Below are positions 16,718-24,748 of a stretch of DNA of 24,748 nucleotides, piece after piece. The stretch is from positions 1 through 24,748 of the forward strand of contig JAVKIJ010000046.1 in assembly GCA_031459535.1 (NCBI GenBank). The letters run 5' to 3'. The number at the start of each line of letters is the position of its first letter. The first letter of the stretch is position 1. The notes under the pieces were generated by a model. It saw only the letters and a list, made by a program, of their open reading frames with translations, was not told the DNA's origin and made no database searches. The translations under genes and the position numbers were made by a program. This DNA is from Candidatus Fervidifonticultor quintus (lineage in GTDB: Bacteria > Sysuimicrobiota > Sysuimicrobiia > Sysuimicrobiales > Humicultoraceae).

Positions 16718-16746
16718 AGTATACCTGGCCCCAGGCGCCCGGGCAA
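16718..16746 (-). promoter_or_regulatory. sigma70-type promoter of the yabE-like/rsmA unit
   Basis: TTGCCC (16746-16741), 17-nt spacer, TATACT (16723-16718). Confidence 0.7.
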
Positions 16747-16755
16747 CGCCGAGCG

Positions 16756-18141
16756 CTACGGCGCCTGGTCCACGAGCTCGACGAGCGCCCCGTGGGTGTC
16801 TCTGGGGTGGACGAACACGATCCGGGTTCCGCGCGATCCCCTCCGGGGCTCTCGGTCGACCAGCGTGTAGCCGGCGTCGCGGACTCGCTCCATGGCCTGC
16901 ACCACGTCGGGCACCGCCAGCGCGATGTGGTGGATGCCCTCGCCGCGGCGTTCGACGAACCGTGCGACGGGACCGTCGGCCGCGGCCGGCTCGAGGAGCT
17001 CGATGCGGATCTCTCCCAGCGCGACGAAGGCTGCGACCACGCCGTCGTCGGGCAGCAGCTCCGCGTCACTCACCACCAGGCCCAGAGCGTCCCGGTAGAA
17101 GCGCCCCGCGTCGTCGAGATCGCGGACCGCAATGCCAATGTGGTCGAGGCGCACCCCCGGTGCGGCTGGCACCGGCGCACGCGCCGGCTGCGGCCCCGAG
17201 GCGGGTGCCAGTAGCAGGCCGGCCGCCGAGTGGGGATCGAGGCTCCCCCCGGCCACCCGCTCGACGAGCTCTTCCAGCCGGGCTCCAGACGCCCAGGCCG
17301 CCACCTGCTCCCGCACCCTGGCTTCGGCCGCCCGCAGGATCTCGCGCCGGCGGCGGTCGCGCCGGCGGCGCTCCAGCTCACCGGTGGATTCCTGATACCG
17401 GCGGTGGTCGGCCACGGCGGCCAGCACGTCGTTGACGCCTTCGCCCGTGGTGGCCACGGTGGCCAGCACCGGAGGTCGCCAGCGGTGCTCCTGGATCGAG
17501 CCCAGGGTCATCCGGAGATCCGCCACCGTCCGATCTGCGTCCGGCCGGTCGGCCTTGTTCACGACGAAGACATCTCCGATCTCCATGACGCCCGCCTTGA
17601 GTGTCTGGACCCCGTCGCCCAGCCCCGACGCGGTGACCACGACCACCGTGTCCGCGGCCGCCACCACGTCCACCTCGGCCTGGCCCGTACCGACCGTCTC
17701 GATCAGGACGGTGGACGCACCCCACCCGTCCAGGACCGCCACCGCCTCCGCAGCGGCTGGTGCGAGCCCCCCGAGGCTGCCACGGGTGGCCATCGAGCGC
17801 ACGAACACCTCGGGATCGGTACTGTGGTCCTGCATGCGGACCCGGTCGCCGAGCAGCGCGCCGCCGCTGAACGGGCTGGTGGGGTCGACGGCGATGACGC
17901 CGACCCGTTGCCCCTGCGCCCGCAGGGCCCGGATGGCCGCGTTCACCAGCGTGCTCTTGCCGCAGCCGGGTGGGCCGGTAATCCCGACCACGTACGCGCG
18001 CCCGGTGTGGGGCACGATCGCCTGGAGCACTTCCGCGGCGCGCGCGCCGTCGTTCTCGAGCAGGGAGATCAGGCGCGCCGCTGCCGCCGCAGAGCCACTC
18101 AGCAGCGCGGCGACGAGTTGCCGGATGGTCTGGTCGGTCAT
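16756..18141 (-). CDS. meaB: Fusion of MeaB/ArgK (MMAA) GTPase metallochaperone and methylmalonyl-CoA epimerase
   Basis: MeaB part: GITGPPGCGKST, AVDPTSPFSGGALLGDRVRM, RSMATRG, ETVGTGQ and NKAD. An Ala/Pro linker follows, then a VOC domain: LDHIGIAV, IELLEP, GEGIHHIAL, FVHPRDTHGALVELV. ATG at 18141 has a GGAG SD. Confidence 0.9.
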   Translation of the reverse strand: MTDQTIRQLVAALLSGSAAAAARLISLLENDGARAAEVLQAIVPHTGRAYVVGITGPPGCGKSTLVNAAIRALRAQGQRVGVIAVDPTSPFSGGALLGDRVRMQDHSTDPEVFVRSMATRGSLGGLAPAAAEAVAVLDGWGASTVLIETVGTGQAEVDVVAAADTVVVVTASGLGDGVQTLKAGVMEIGDVFVVNKADRPDADRTVADLRMTLGSIQEHRWRPPVLATVATTGEGVNDVLAAVADHRRYQESTGELERRRRDRRRREILRAAEARVREQVAAWASGARLEELVERVAGGSLDPHSAAGLLLAPASGPQPARAPVPAAPGVRLDHIGIAVRDLDDAGRFYRDALGLVVSDAELLPDDGVVAAFVALGEIRIELLEPAAADGPVARFVERRGEGIHHIALAVPDVVQAMERVRDAGYTLVDREPRRGSRGTRIVFVHPRDTHGALVELVDQAP

Positions 18142-18176
18142 GTCCGCTCCCATGCTAGGGTCGAGGCCGGACGGCT

Positions 18177-18962
18177 TCAAGCGCCGATCTCGGCGGCGAG
18201 CCGGTCATAGGCGGCCGGGGAGAGGACGCCACCCGGACCCACCAGATCTGCTAGCACCCCGCTGCGACGCAGTCGTTCCAGGGCCCGACCAATCGCCAGC
18301 TTGCTTCCCACGCCCGGCCGCAGCGCCGGGCGAAACGCGTCGTGCAGCAGGGCCGCGGCACGCCGCGCGGCATCGGCGCCGCCGGGGCCGCGCGCCTCGA
18401 ATTCGACCTCGTAGTGCCGGACGTCCACGCCCGGCAGATGGTAGACGACCGCGTCCACCGCCATCTCCGCCGCGGTCGCCCCGGGGTCACCGGACTCCAC
18501 GAGATGACGCACTGCCCTCTGGCATTCGCGATCCTGGACCACGGCGAGGCCCACCGCCCGGACGCTTGCCCGCGGATCGCCGGCTCCGGGCAGATGGGAG
18601 AAGCGGAGCCCTCCGAGACCCCTGGCGTCCAGCTCCGCGGCCACCTCCGGCGCTCCCTCGGGCCACGGCCGTTCGATCTCCAACCGCCGCACGCCGGCGC
18701 CCGGGAGGCGCTCCTCGTCGCCCTTGAGTGCGACCCACAGCTCCCCACCCACCGAGCGGATGCGCAGCGTCACGTGCGCCGCCCGAAGCGCTTCCTCGGG
18801 CGTGTCGAAGTAGAGGTCTCGGAGAAGCAGCAGGGGGCCCGGCTGCAGCCGGTAGGGGCCGAGACGCGCCAGCGAGACGACAGCCAGGCTCGTGGCCTCG
18901 GGATCGGCGGCCGCGATGGTCAGGCTGAACTCCGTCTCGAGATCGGCGGCCGGAGGGGCCAC
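18177..18962 (-). CDS. CYTH domain (triphosphate tunnel metalloenzyme) protein
   Basis: ETEF (ExE), DLYFDT, TLRIR, ALKG, RLEIE, YEVEFE and SK near the C-terminus. Confidence 0.8.
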   Translation of the reverse strand: MAPPAADLETEFSLTIAAADPEATSLAVVSLARLGPYRLQPGPLLLLRDLYFDTPEEALRAAHVTLRIRSVGGELWVALKGDEERLPGAGVRRLEIERPWPEGAPEVAAELDARGLGGLRFSHLPGAGDPRASVRAVGLAVVQDRECQRAVRHLVESGDPGATAAEMAVDAVVYHLPGVDVRHYEVEFEARGPGGADAARRAAALLHDAFRPALRPGVGSKLAIGRALERLRRSGVLADLVGPGGVLSPAAYDRLAAEIGA

Positions 18963-18965
18963 TGA

Positions 18966-20558
18966 CTATACCACCACCGGCGCGCGGTAGGTGCCGAAGA
19001 CCCCCCGCAGCACGTCGCAGATCTCGCCCACGCTGGCGTATGCGCGCACGGCGTCGAGGATGGGCGGCATGAGGTCATCTGAACCGCGGGCCGCCTCGGC
19101 CAGATGCGCCAGCGCCCGGTCCACCGCGGTGGCGTCGCGCTCGGCCCGCACGCGCTGGAGCCGCGCGATCTGCCGGACCGCGACCTCCTCGTCGAGCCGG
19201 TGCAACGCCATCCTGCCAGGCGCCTCGCTGCAGAACCGGTTGACCCCCACGACGACCCGGTCCCCGCGCTCGATGGCCTGGGCCTCGCGGTAGGCGCTCT
19301 CGGCGATCTCCCGCTGCACCCACCCACGCTCGATGGCCTGCAGCATGCCACCGGTGGCCTCAATCTGGGAGATGAGGGCCTCGGCGCGCTGCTCGATCTC
19401 GTCGGTCAGGTACTCGACGAAGTACGATCCGGCCAGCGGGTCCACGGTGGAGGTGACCCCGGTCTCGTACGCGATGATCTGCTGGGTGCGCAGCGCTAGC
19501 AGCGCCGAGTCCTCGGTGGGCAGCGCCAGCGCCTCGTCCCGCGCGTTGGTGTGGAGCGACTGGGTCCCGCCCAGCACCGCCGCCAGCGCCTGGAGGGTGA
19601 CGCGCACGACGTTGTTGTCGGGCTGCTGGGCGGTGAGCGCCGCGCCCGCGGTCTGGGTGTGAAACCGCAGCATCATCGACCTGGGGTTGGCGGGCCGGTA
19701 GCGGCCGCGCACGAGCCGGGCCCACAGCCGCCGCGCCGCACGGAACTTGGCCGCCTCCTCGAGGACGGCCATCTGCGCCGCGAAGAAGAACGACATGGTC
19801 GGAGCCACCTGATCCACCGCCAGTCCCGCGGCCACGGCGTGGTCCAGATAGGTCAGGCCGTTGGCCAGGGCGAACGCCACCTCCTGGACGGCGGTGGAAC
19901 CGGCCTCTCGGATGTGGTAGCCGCTGACGCTGATGGGGTGCCACCGCGGCAGGTGCCGTGCGCAGAACCGGAACATGTCGGCCACCAGCCGCATCGACAC
20001 CCGGGGCGGATAAATGTACGTCCCCCGGGCGATGTACTCCTTGAGGATGTCGTTCTGGGTCGTCCCGTCCAGGCGCTCTAGGGGCACGCCCTGCTTCTCG
20101 GCCACCGCCACGTACATCGCCAGCAGGATCGGCGCGGTGGCGTTGATCGTCATCGACGTCGACACGCGATCCAGCGGAATGCCGCTCAGCAGGATCTCCA
20201 CATCGGCCAGGGTGTCCACGGCCACGCCGACGCGACCGATCTCGGGCCGTGCCAGCGGGTGATCCGAGTCATAGCCCATCTGCGTCGGGAGGTCGAAGGC
20301 GATGGACAGCCCGGTCTGGCCCTGCTCGAGCAGATACCGGTAGCGCCGGTTGGACTCTTCTGCGCCCCCGAACCCGGCGTACTGCCGCATGGTCCACAGC
20401 CGGCCGCGGTACATGGTGGCATGGATGCCGCGCGTGAATGGATACTCGCCGGGCGCGCCGAGAGTCTCGAGGTAGCCTGGCCGTACATGAGACGGTCCGG
20501 CGCAGACCGGGAGGGGGATCCCATCGGCTGTAGCGACGCTGGGGGGACGCTCACTCAT
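18966..20558 (-). CDS. Methylmalonyl-CoA mutase, substrate-binding (N-terminal TIM barrel) subunit of a split enzyme
   Basis: [18 protein letters not shown] (Tyr89 equivalent), [13 protein letters not shown] (Arg207 equivalent), SGYHIREAG and GGTQSLHTN. The protein ends without a DxHxxG B12-binding domain. Confidence 0.93.
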   Translation of the reverse strand: MSERPPSVATADGIPLPVCAGPSHVRPGYLETLGAPGEYPFTRGIHATMYRGRLWTMRQYAGFGGAEESNRRYRYLLEQGQTGLSIAFDLPTQMGYDSDHPLARPEIGRVGVAVDTLADVEILLSGIPLDRVSTSMTINATAPILLAMYVAVAEKQGVPLERLDGTTQNDILKEYIARGTYIYPPRVSMRLVADMFRFCARHLPRWHPISVSGYHIREAGSTAVQEVAFALANGLTYLDHAVAAGLAVDQVAPTMSFFFAAQMAVLEEAAKFRAARRLWARLVRGRYRPANPRSMMLRFHTQTAGAALTAQQPDNNVVRVTLQALAAVLGGTQSLHTNARDEALALPTEDSALLALRTQQIIAYETGVTSTVDPLAGSYFVEYLTDEIEQRAEALISQIEATGGMLQAIERGWVQREIAESAYREAQAIERGDRVVVGVNRFCSEAPGRMALHRLDEEVAVRQIARLQRVRAERDATAVDRALAHLAEAARGSDDLMPPILDAVRAYASVGEICDVLRGVFGTYRAPVVV

Positions 20559-21073
20559 CTCTGGGGGTCTTCGGCTTCGACCACGACCAGAACCTGCCCG
20601 CCGGCGACCTCCTGACCCGGGCGGGCCCTGACCTCTCGTATCCTTCCCGCGGCCGGGGAGGGCACCTCCATCTGCATCTTCATCGCCTCGACCACGGCCA
20701 CCGGGGCACCGGCCTGCACGGAGGCGCCTTCGATGAGGGGCAACGCCACCACGAGTCCGGGCATCGGCGCCCGCACTTCCACCCGCTCGGTCGCGGCAGG
20801 CCTCGCAGCCCCGCGGGAGGGGATCGGCAGCGCCCGGCGCAGACCCAGACGCGCCCGCCCCGCACCGATGACCACCAGCACGCCGCCGTCTTCAGGGTGC
20901 AGCCTCACCGGCACGGCCCGTCCCTCCAGGTGCAGGCGCCAGCACTCCGACCCCGCGGCGGGCTGGAGGCGGACGAGGGTCACTGTGTCGTCGGTCCGCA
21001 CGGCAAGCTGGTCGCCTGAGGGCTCCACATCCACCACGAGGCGGCGGGCCGGAGTGGTAACCTCGAGCCTCAC
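20555..21073 (-). CDS. Biotin carboxyl carrier protein (BT-like region + biotinyl domain)
   Basis: VRAPMPGLV and EAMKM biotinylation motif. GTG at 21073 overlaps the biotin carboxylase stop (GTGA). The ORF-track start at 21544 is an overlap artefact. Confidence 0.9.
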   Translation of the reverse strand: MRLEVTTPARRLVVDVEPSGDQLAVRTDDTVTLVRLQPAAGSECWRLHLEGRAVPVRLHPEDGGVLVVIGAGRARLGLRRALPIPSRGAARPAATERVEVRAPMPGLVVALPLIEGASVQAGAPVAVVEAMKMQMEVPSPAAGRIREVRARPGQEVAGGQVLVVVEAEDPQR

Positions 21074-22548
21074 CGCAGGCTCTCCGCGCGGGCCTCGGCG
21101 GTCCACCGGGGCGCCGCACCGTCGGTTGGCAGCGCCGCACTGCTCGCGCGGCGATAGAACCACGCCGCCGCGGCCAGGATGGCCAGGCGCTCGATGTCCT
21201 GGGTGAGCGGCACCGACTCCCATGCCTCGGCAAAGCGCGCGTCGTAGATGCCGGCGCGAAATGCCGGCTGGTCCAGCGCCCACAGGTGGAAGGGAATGGT
21301 AGTATCCACGCCTGAGATGGCATACTCCTCCAGCGCCCGGCGCATCCGCGCAATGGCTGCCTCCCGCGTGGGTGCCGCCGCGATCACCTTGGCCAGGAGG
21401 GGATCGTAGTGGCGCGAGACGACCTGCCCGGGCCACAGGCCGCTGTCGACCCTGATGCCGGCGCCCGCCGGCTCCACGACGCCGTCCACGCGGCCAACGC
21501 ACGGCAGGAATCCCCGGTGCGGATCTTCGGCGCTGATCCGGCACTCGATGGCGACGCCGGTGTGGCGCACATCCTCCTGGCGAACCGGCAAAGGCTCGCC
21601 TGCGGCAATCTGGAGCTGCGCGGCCACGAGGTCGACGCCTGTCACCATTTCCGTGACCGGATGCTCCACCTGGATCCGCGCATTGACCTCGATGAAGAAG
21701 AACGCCTCGCCGTCCAACAGGAACTCCATGGTTCCGGCGTTGCGATATCCCAGCGCCTGCGCCACGCGGACCGCGGCGGCCGCCAGATCGTCACGGAGCC
21801 CGGGCGCAAGCCCTGGAGCCGGTGCCTCCTCGACGAGCTTCTGGTGACGGCGCTGTACCGAGCAGGCCCGCTCCCCCAGATGGACCACCTGCCCGAACCG
21901 GTCGGCCAGGATCTGGACTTCGACGTGCCGCGGCCGTTCGAGCCAGCGTTCGAGGTAGACCCGCGGGTCGCCGAACGCGGCCTGCGCCTCCCCGCGGGCG
22001 AGCCGCAGTGCCGCGGGCAACTCGTCGTAGCCGCGGACGAGATGAATCCCCTTGCCGCCACCGCCGCCCGCAGCCTTGATCAGGAGGGGAAACCCGATGG
22101 CCCGGGCTTCGCGCATCGCGCCTGCGTCATCAATGGGGCCGGTTCCCGCCAGCACGGGCACGCCCACGGACGCCGCCGCCGCCCGGGCGACGGCCTTGTC
22201 GCCGCAACGCTCCAGCACCGCAGCCGGCGGGCCGACGAAGGTGATGCCCGCCGCCTCGCACAGTGCGGCAAGCCGCGGGTTCTCGGCCAGGAATCCATAG
22301 CCGGGATGCAGCGCCTCCGCGCCCGACCGCCGCGCGAGCTGCACCAGCAGCGGGGCGTTCAGGTAGCTGTCGGCCGGCGCGTCACCGGGCAGCGGCAGGG
22401 CCTCATCGGCCAGGCGCACGTGCGGCGCGTCGGCGTCAATGGGCGCGTACACCGCGATCGGCGAGATCCCCAGGTCTCGAGCAGCGCGGGTGATGCGGAG
22501 CGCGATCTCGCCGCGGTTGGCAATCAACAGGCGACGAGGCAGTGGCAT
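21070..22548 (-). CDS. Biotin carboxylase subunit of acyl(propionyl)-CoA carboxylase
   Basis: LIANRGEIA, HPGYGFLAEN, KAAGGGGGKG, CSVQRRHQK, EVNARIQVEHPVTE, ECRISAED and YDPLLAK. Confidence 0.93.
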   Translation of the reverse strand: MPLPRRLLIANRGEIALRITRAARDLGISPIAVYAPIDADAPHVRLADEALPLPGDAPADSYLNAPLLVQLARRSGAEALHPGYGFLAENPRLAALCEAAGITFVGPPAAVLERCGDKAVARAAAASVGVPVLAGTGPIDDAGAMREARAIGFPLLIKAAGGGGGKGIHLVRGYDELPAALRLARGEAQAAFGDPRVYLERWLERPRHVEVQILADRFGQVVHLGERACSVQRRHQKLVEEAPAPGLAPGLRDDLAAAAVRVAQALGYRNAGTMEFLLDGEAFFFIEVNARIQVEHPVTEMVTGVDLVAAQLQIAAGEPLPVRQEDVRHTGVAIECRISAEDPHRGFLPCVGRVDGVVEPAGAGIRVDSGLWPGQVVSRHYDPLLAKVIAAAPTREAAIARMRRALEEYAISGVDTTIPFHLWALDQPAFRAGIYDARFAEAWESVPLTQDIERLAILAAAAWFYRRASSAALPTDGAAPRWTAEARAESLR

Positions 22549-22557
22549 CCGCGGGGG

Positions 22558-23037
22558 TCAGATCTCGTCTTCTTCGGGTTCCCGGGGCAGATCGGGGCGA
22601 TACACCATGGAGTAGCGGGCCAGGTGAAAGCCCACCGACTCCCAGAAGCGCAGGCCGCGCACGTTCCCGGCCACCACGCCGGACTGGATCTCATCGGCGC
22701 CGTGCGCCTTGAGCCAGTCGATCACCGCCTGCGCCAGTCGGCGGCCCCGCCCCTCGCGGCGATACTCCGGATAGACGAAGAACTCGCCGATCACACCCTG
22801 CGTGCGGCCGTTGGTCCAGTGCTTGCTGAGGACGGCCACCGCAAAGCCGATCTTGCGCCCGCCGTCAACCCCCCACCAGATGTAACGGTGTCGGCCCTGG
22901 TCGGCGAACAGCGCGCGCAGATACCGATCGAGCCAGGCGTCATCGGGCGCCTCGCCGGTGATCTCCTCCCGGTACCGGCGCAACCAGTCGCGAAACTTGG
23001 GGTCACCAGGTGTTACCGGTTGCAGGTGCATGGCCAT
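22558..23037 (-). CDS. GNAT family N-acetyltransferase
   Basis: FFVYPEYRREGRGRRL (motif A) and GNVRGLRFWESVGF (motif B). Confidence 0.87.
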   Translation of the reverse strand: MAMHLQPVTPGDPKFRDWLRRYREEITGEAPDDAWLDRYLRALFADQGRHRYIWWGVDGGRKIGFAVAVLSKHWTNGRTQGVIGEFFVYPEYRREGRGRRLAQAVIDWLKAHGADEIQSGVVAGNVRGLRFWESVGFHLARYSMVYRPDLPREPEEDEI

Positions 23038-23100
23038 CGGTCGTACTCAGGGATTTCGAGGAGGGAATTCCGCCTGCCCCCGGGAGATTCCTGTGCTTCC

Positions 23101-24648
23101 TCAGAGCGGGATGTTGCCGTGCTTGCGCCTGGGATTCGCGGCGCGCTTGCGGCAGAGGACCTCCAGCGCCGCAATGAGCCGGCCGCGCGTTTGGTGGGGC
23201 GCGATCACGTCGTCCACGTAGCCGCGCGCCGCGGCCACGTAGGGCGTCGCGAACTGGGCCCGATACTCGGCCACGAGCTGCCGGCGGCGCGCCTCGGGAT
23301 CGGCCGCCTCGGCCAGCTCCTTGCGGAAGATGATGTCGATGGCACCCTCAGGGCCCATGACCGCGATCTCTGCGGTCGGCCAGGCCAGATTGAGGTCGCC
23401 CCGGATGTGCTTGCTGGACATGACGTCGTAGGCGCCGCCGTAAGCCTTGCGGGTGATCACGGTCATCTTGGGCACCGTGGCCTCGCAGTAGGCATAGAGC
23501 AGCTTGGCGCCGTGACGGATGATTCCGCCGTGTTCCTGGGCAATCCCCGGCAGGAAGCCCGGCACGTCCACGAACGTCACCAGCGGAATGTTGAACGCGT
23601 CGCAGAAGCGCACGAAGCGAGCGCCTTTGACCGACGCATCGATGTCGAGCACCCCCGCCAGCACCGCGGGCTGTTGAGCCACCACGCCCACCGGCCGGCC
23701 GTGGAGCCGGGCGAACCCCACGATGAGGTTGCGGGCATACGCGGCGTGCACCTCGAGGAAGTCGCCGTCATCGACGATGCGCCGGATGATGTCGTGCATG
23801 TCGTAGGGCTTGGACGGGTCCTCGGGCACGATCTCATCGAGGGCGGCGTCGGCCCGCATCGGGTCGTCCCCCGACACGCGGCGCGGCGGGTCGTCCAGGT
23901 TGTTGGACGGGAGATAGCTCAACAGCCGCCGCACCAGCAGCAGGCACTCTTCGTCATCGGCGGCCACGAAGTGCGCGACGCCGCTTCGAGCCGCGTGCAC
24001 GTCTGCACCGCCCAGCTCTTCGAAGGACACCTCCTCGCGTGTCACAGCCCTCACCACCTGGGGGCCGGTGACGAACATATAGGCGGTGCCGCGCACCATG
24101 ATGGTGAAGTCGGTGATGGCCGGCGAGTACACCGCACCACCGGCGCAGGGGCCCATGATGGCCGAGATCTGGGGAATCACGCCGCTGGCCAGCGTGTTGC
24201 GCAGGAAGATGTCGGCGTAGCCGCCCAGACTGACGACGCCCTCCTGTATGCGCGCCCCGCCGGAATCGTTGAGCCCGATCACGGGGGTCCCGGCCTGCAT
24301 GGCCAGATCCATGACCTTGCAGATCTTGGCCGCGTGGCCCTCTCCCAGAGACCCGCCCAGGACCGTGAAATCCTGCGAGAACACGTGGACCGGGCGGCCC
24401 TCGATGGTGCCGTGGCCGGTCACGACGCCGTCGGCCGGGGCCTCCACGCGATCGAGGCCGAATTCCCGGCTACGAGGTGTCACGAACGGGTCGAGCTCGA
24501 CGAACGATCCGGGATCCAGCAGGAGATCGAGTCGCTCGCGGGCGGTCAGCTTGCCGGCGTCGTGCTGGCGGCGAACCCGCTCCTCGCCGCCCATGGCGAG
24601 CAACCGCTGGCGACGCCGGTGCAACTCTTCCAACCGGTCGGTGCCCAC
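23101..24648 (-). CDS. pccB: Acyl-CoA carboxylase carboxyltransferase subunit (PccB/MmdA family)
   Basis: [64 protein letters not shown] and RKHGNIPL. Confidence 0.92.
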   Translation of the reverse strand: MGTDRLEELHRRRQRLLAMGGEERVRRQHDAGKLTARERLDLLLDPGSFVELDPFVTPRSREFGLDRVEAPADGVVTGHGTIEGRPVHVFSQDFTVLGGSLGEGHAAKICKVMDLAMQAGTPVIGLNDSGGARIQEGVVSLGGYADIFLRNTLASGVIPQISAIMGPCAGGAVYSPAITDFTIMVRGTAYMFVTGPQVVRAVTREEVSFEELGGADVHAARSGVAHFVAADDEECLLLVRRLLSYLPSNNLDDPPRRVSGDDPMRADAALDEIVPEDPSKPYDMHDIIRRIVDDGDFLEVHAAYARNLIVGFARLHGRPVGVVAQQPAVLAGVLDIDASVKGARFVRFCDAFNIPLVTFVDVPGFLPGIAQEHGGIIRHGAKLLYAYCEATVPKMTVITRKAYGGAYDVMSSKHIRGDLNLAWPTAEIAVMGPEGAIDIIFRKELAEAADPEARRRQLVAEYRAQFATPYVAAARGYVDDVIAPHQTRGRLIAALEVLCRKRAANPRRKHGNIPL

Positions 24649-24654
24649 GCGGGA

Positions 24655-24748
24655 TTACGACGGCATCGCAGGCTCGGGAGGCAGCGACGCAGAGGGCCGG
24701 ATCGCGATGATCCCGTGCTTGAAGAGCAGTTCCTCGACGCCGTTGACC
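24655..24748 (-). CDS. hfq: Hfq-like RNA chaperone, 3' part (truncated by the window edge)
   Basis: Manual translation gives ...VNGVEELLFKHGIIAIRPSASLPPEPAMPS*, matching the Hfq Sm2 motif [Y/F]KHAI plus a short tail. Not in the ORF track. Confidence 0.7.
   Translation of the reverse strand, partial: VNGVEELLFKHGIIAIRPSASLPPEPAMPS

Noticed and set aside
18966-20558. Isobutyryl-CoA or other acyl-CoA mutase assignment
   Set aside because: RQYAGF (Tyr) and the YIARGT Arg match methylmalonyl-CoA mutase, and the PCC and epimerase context agrees.

Overview
High-GC bacterial chromosomal segment; almost everything is on the minus strand. Listed in transcription order (right to left): (1) the 3' end of an hfq-like gene, then a propionyl-CoA/methylmalonyl-CoA operon: carboxyltransferase, GNAT, biotin carboxylase, biotin carrier, split methylmalonyl-CoA mutase substrate-binding subunit, CYTH protein and a MeaB-epimerase fusion. 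No B12-binding subunit is present in the window. (2) A Bacillus-like housekeeping block: YabE-like G5/3D protein, rsmA, PLP aminotransferase, an oppositely oriented LCP gene, ispE, NTP-transferase, B. subtilis-type purR, SMI1/KNR4 protein and initiator tRNA-fMet. (3) An MFS transporter, then an accessory LivHMGF+SBP ABC importer linked to a ureohydrolase, a proline-racemase-family enzyme and a cupin. Both enzymes have non-canonical active-site residues (GGDD for GGDH; SRSPCGTGT for DRSPCGTGT), which suggests an undescribed catabolic pathway. Non-coding signals read from the sequence: a ~88-nt structured RNA with its own sigma70-type promoter (13255-13342), a multi-hairpin 5' leader with an anti-SD upstream of the YabE-like gene, and a probably leaderless LCP transcript. 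The Firmicute-like synteny at high GC hints at an Armatimonadota-related or similar Terrabacteria lineage; this is inference only.
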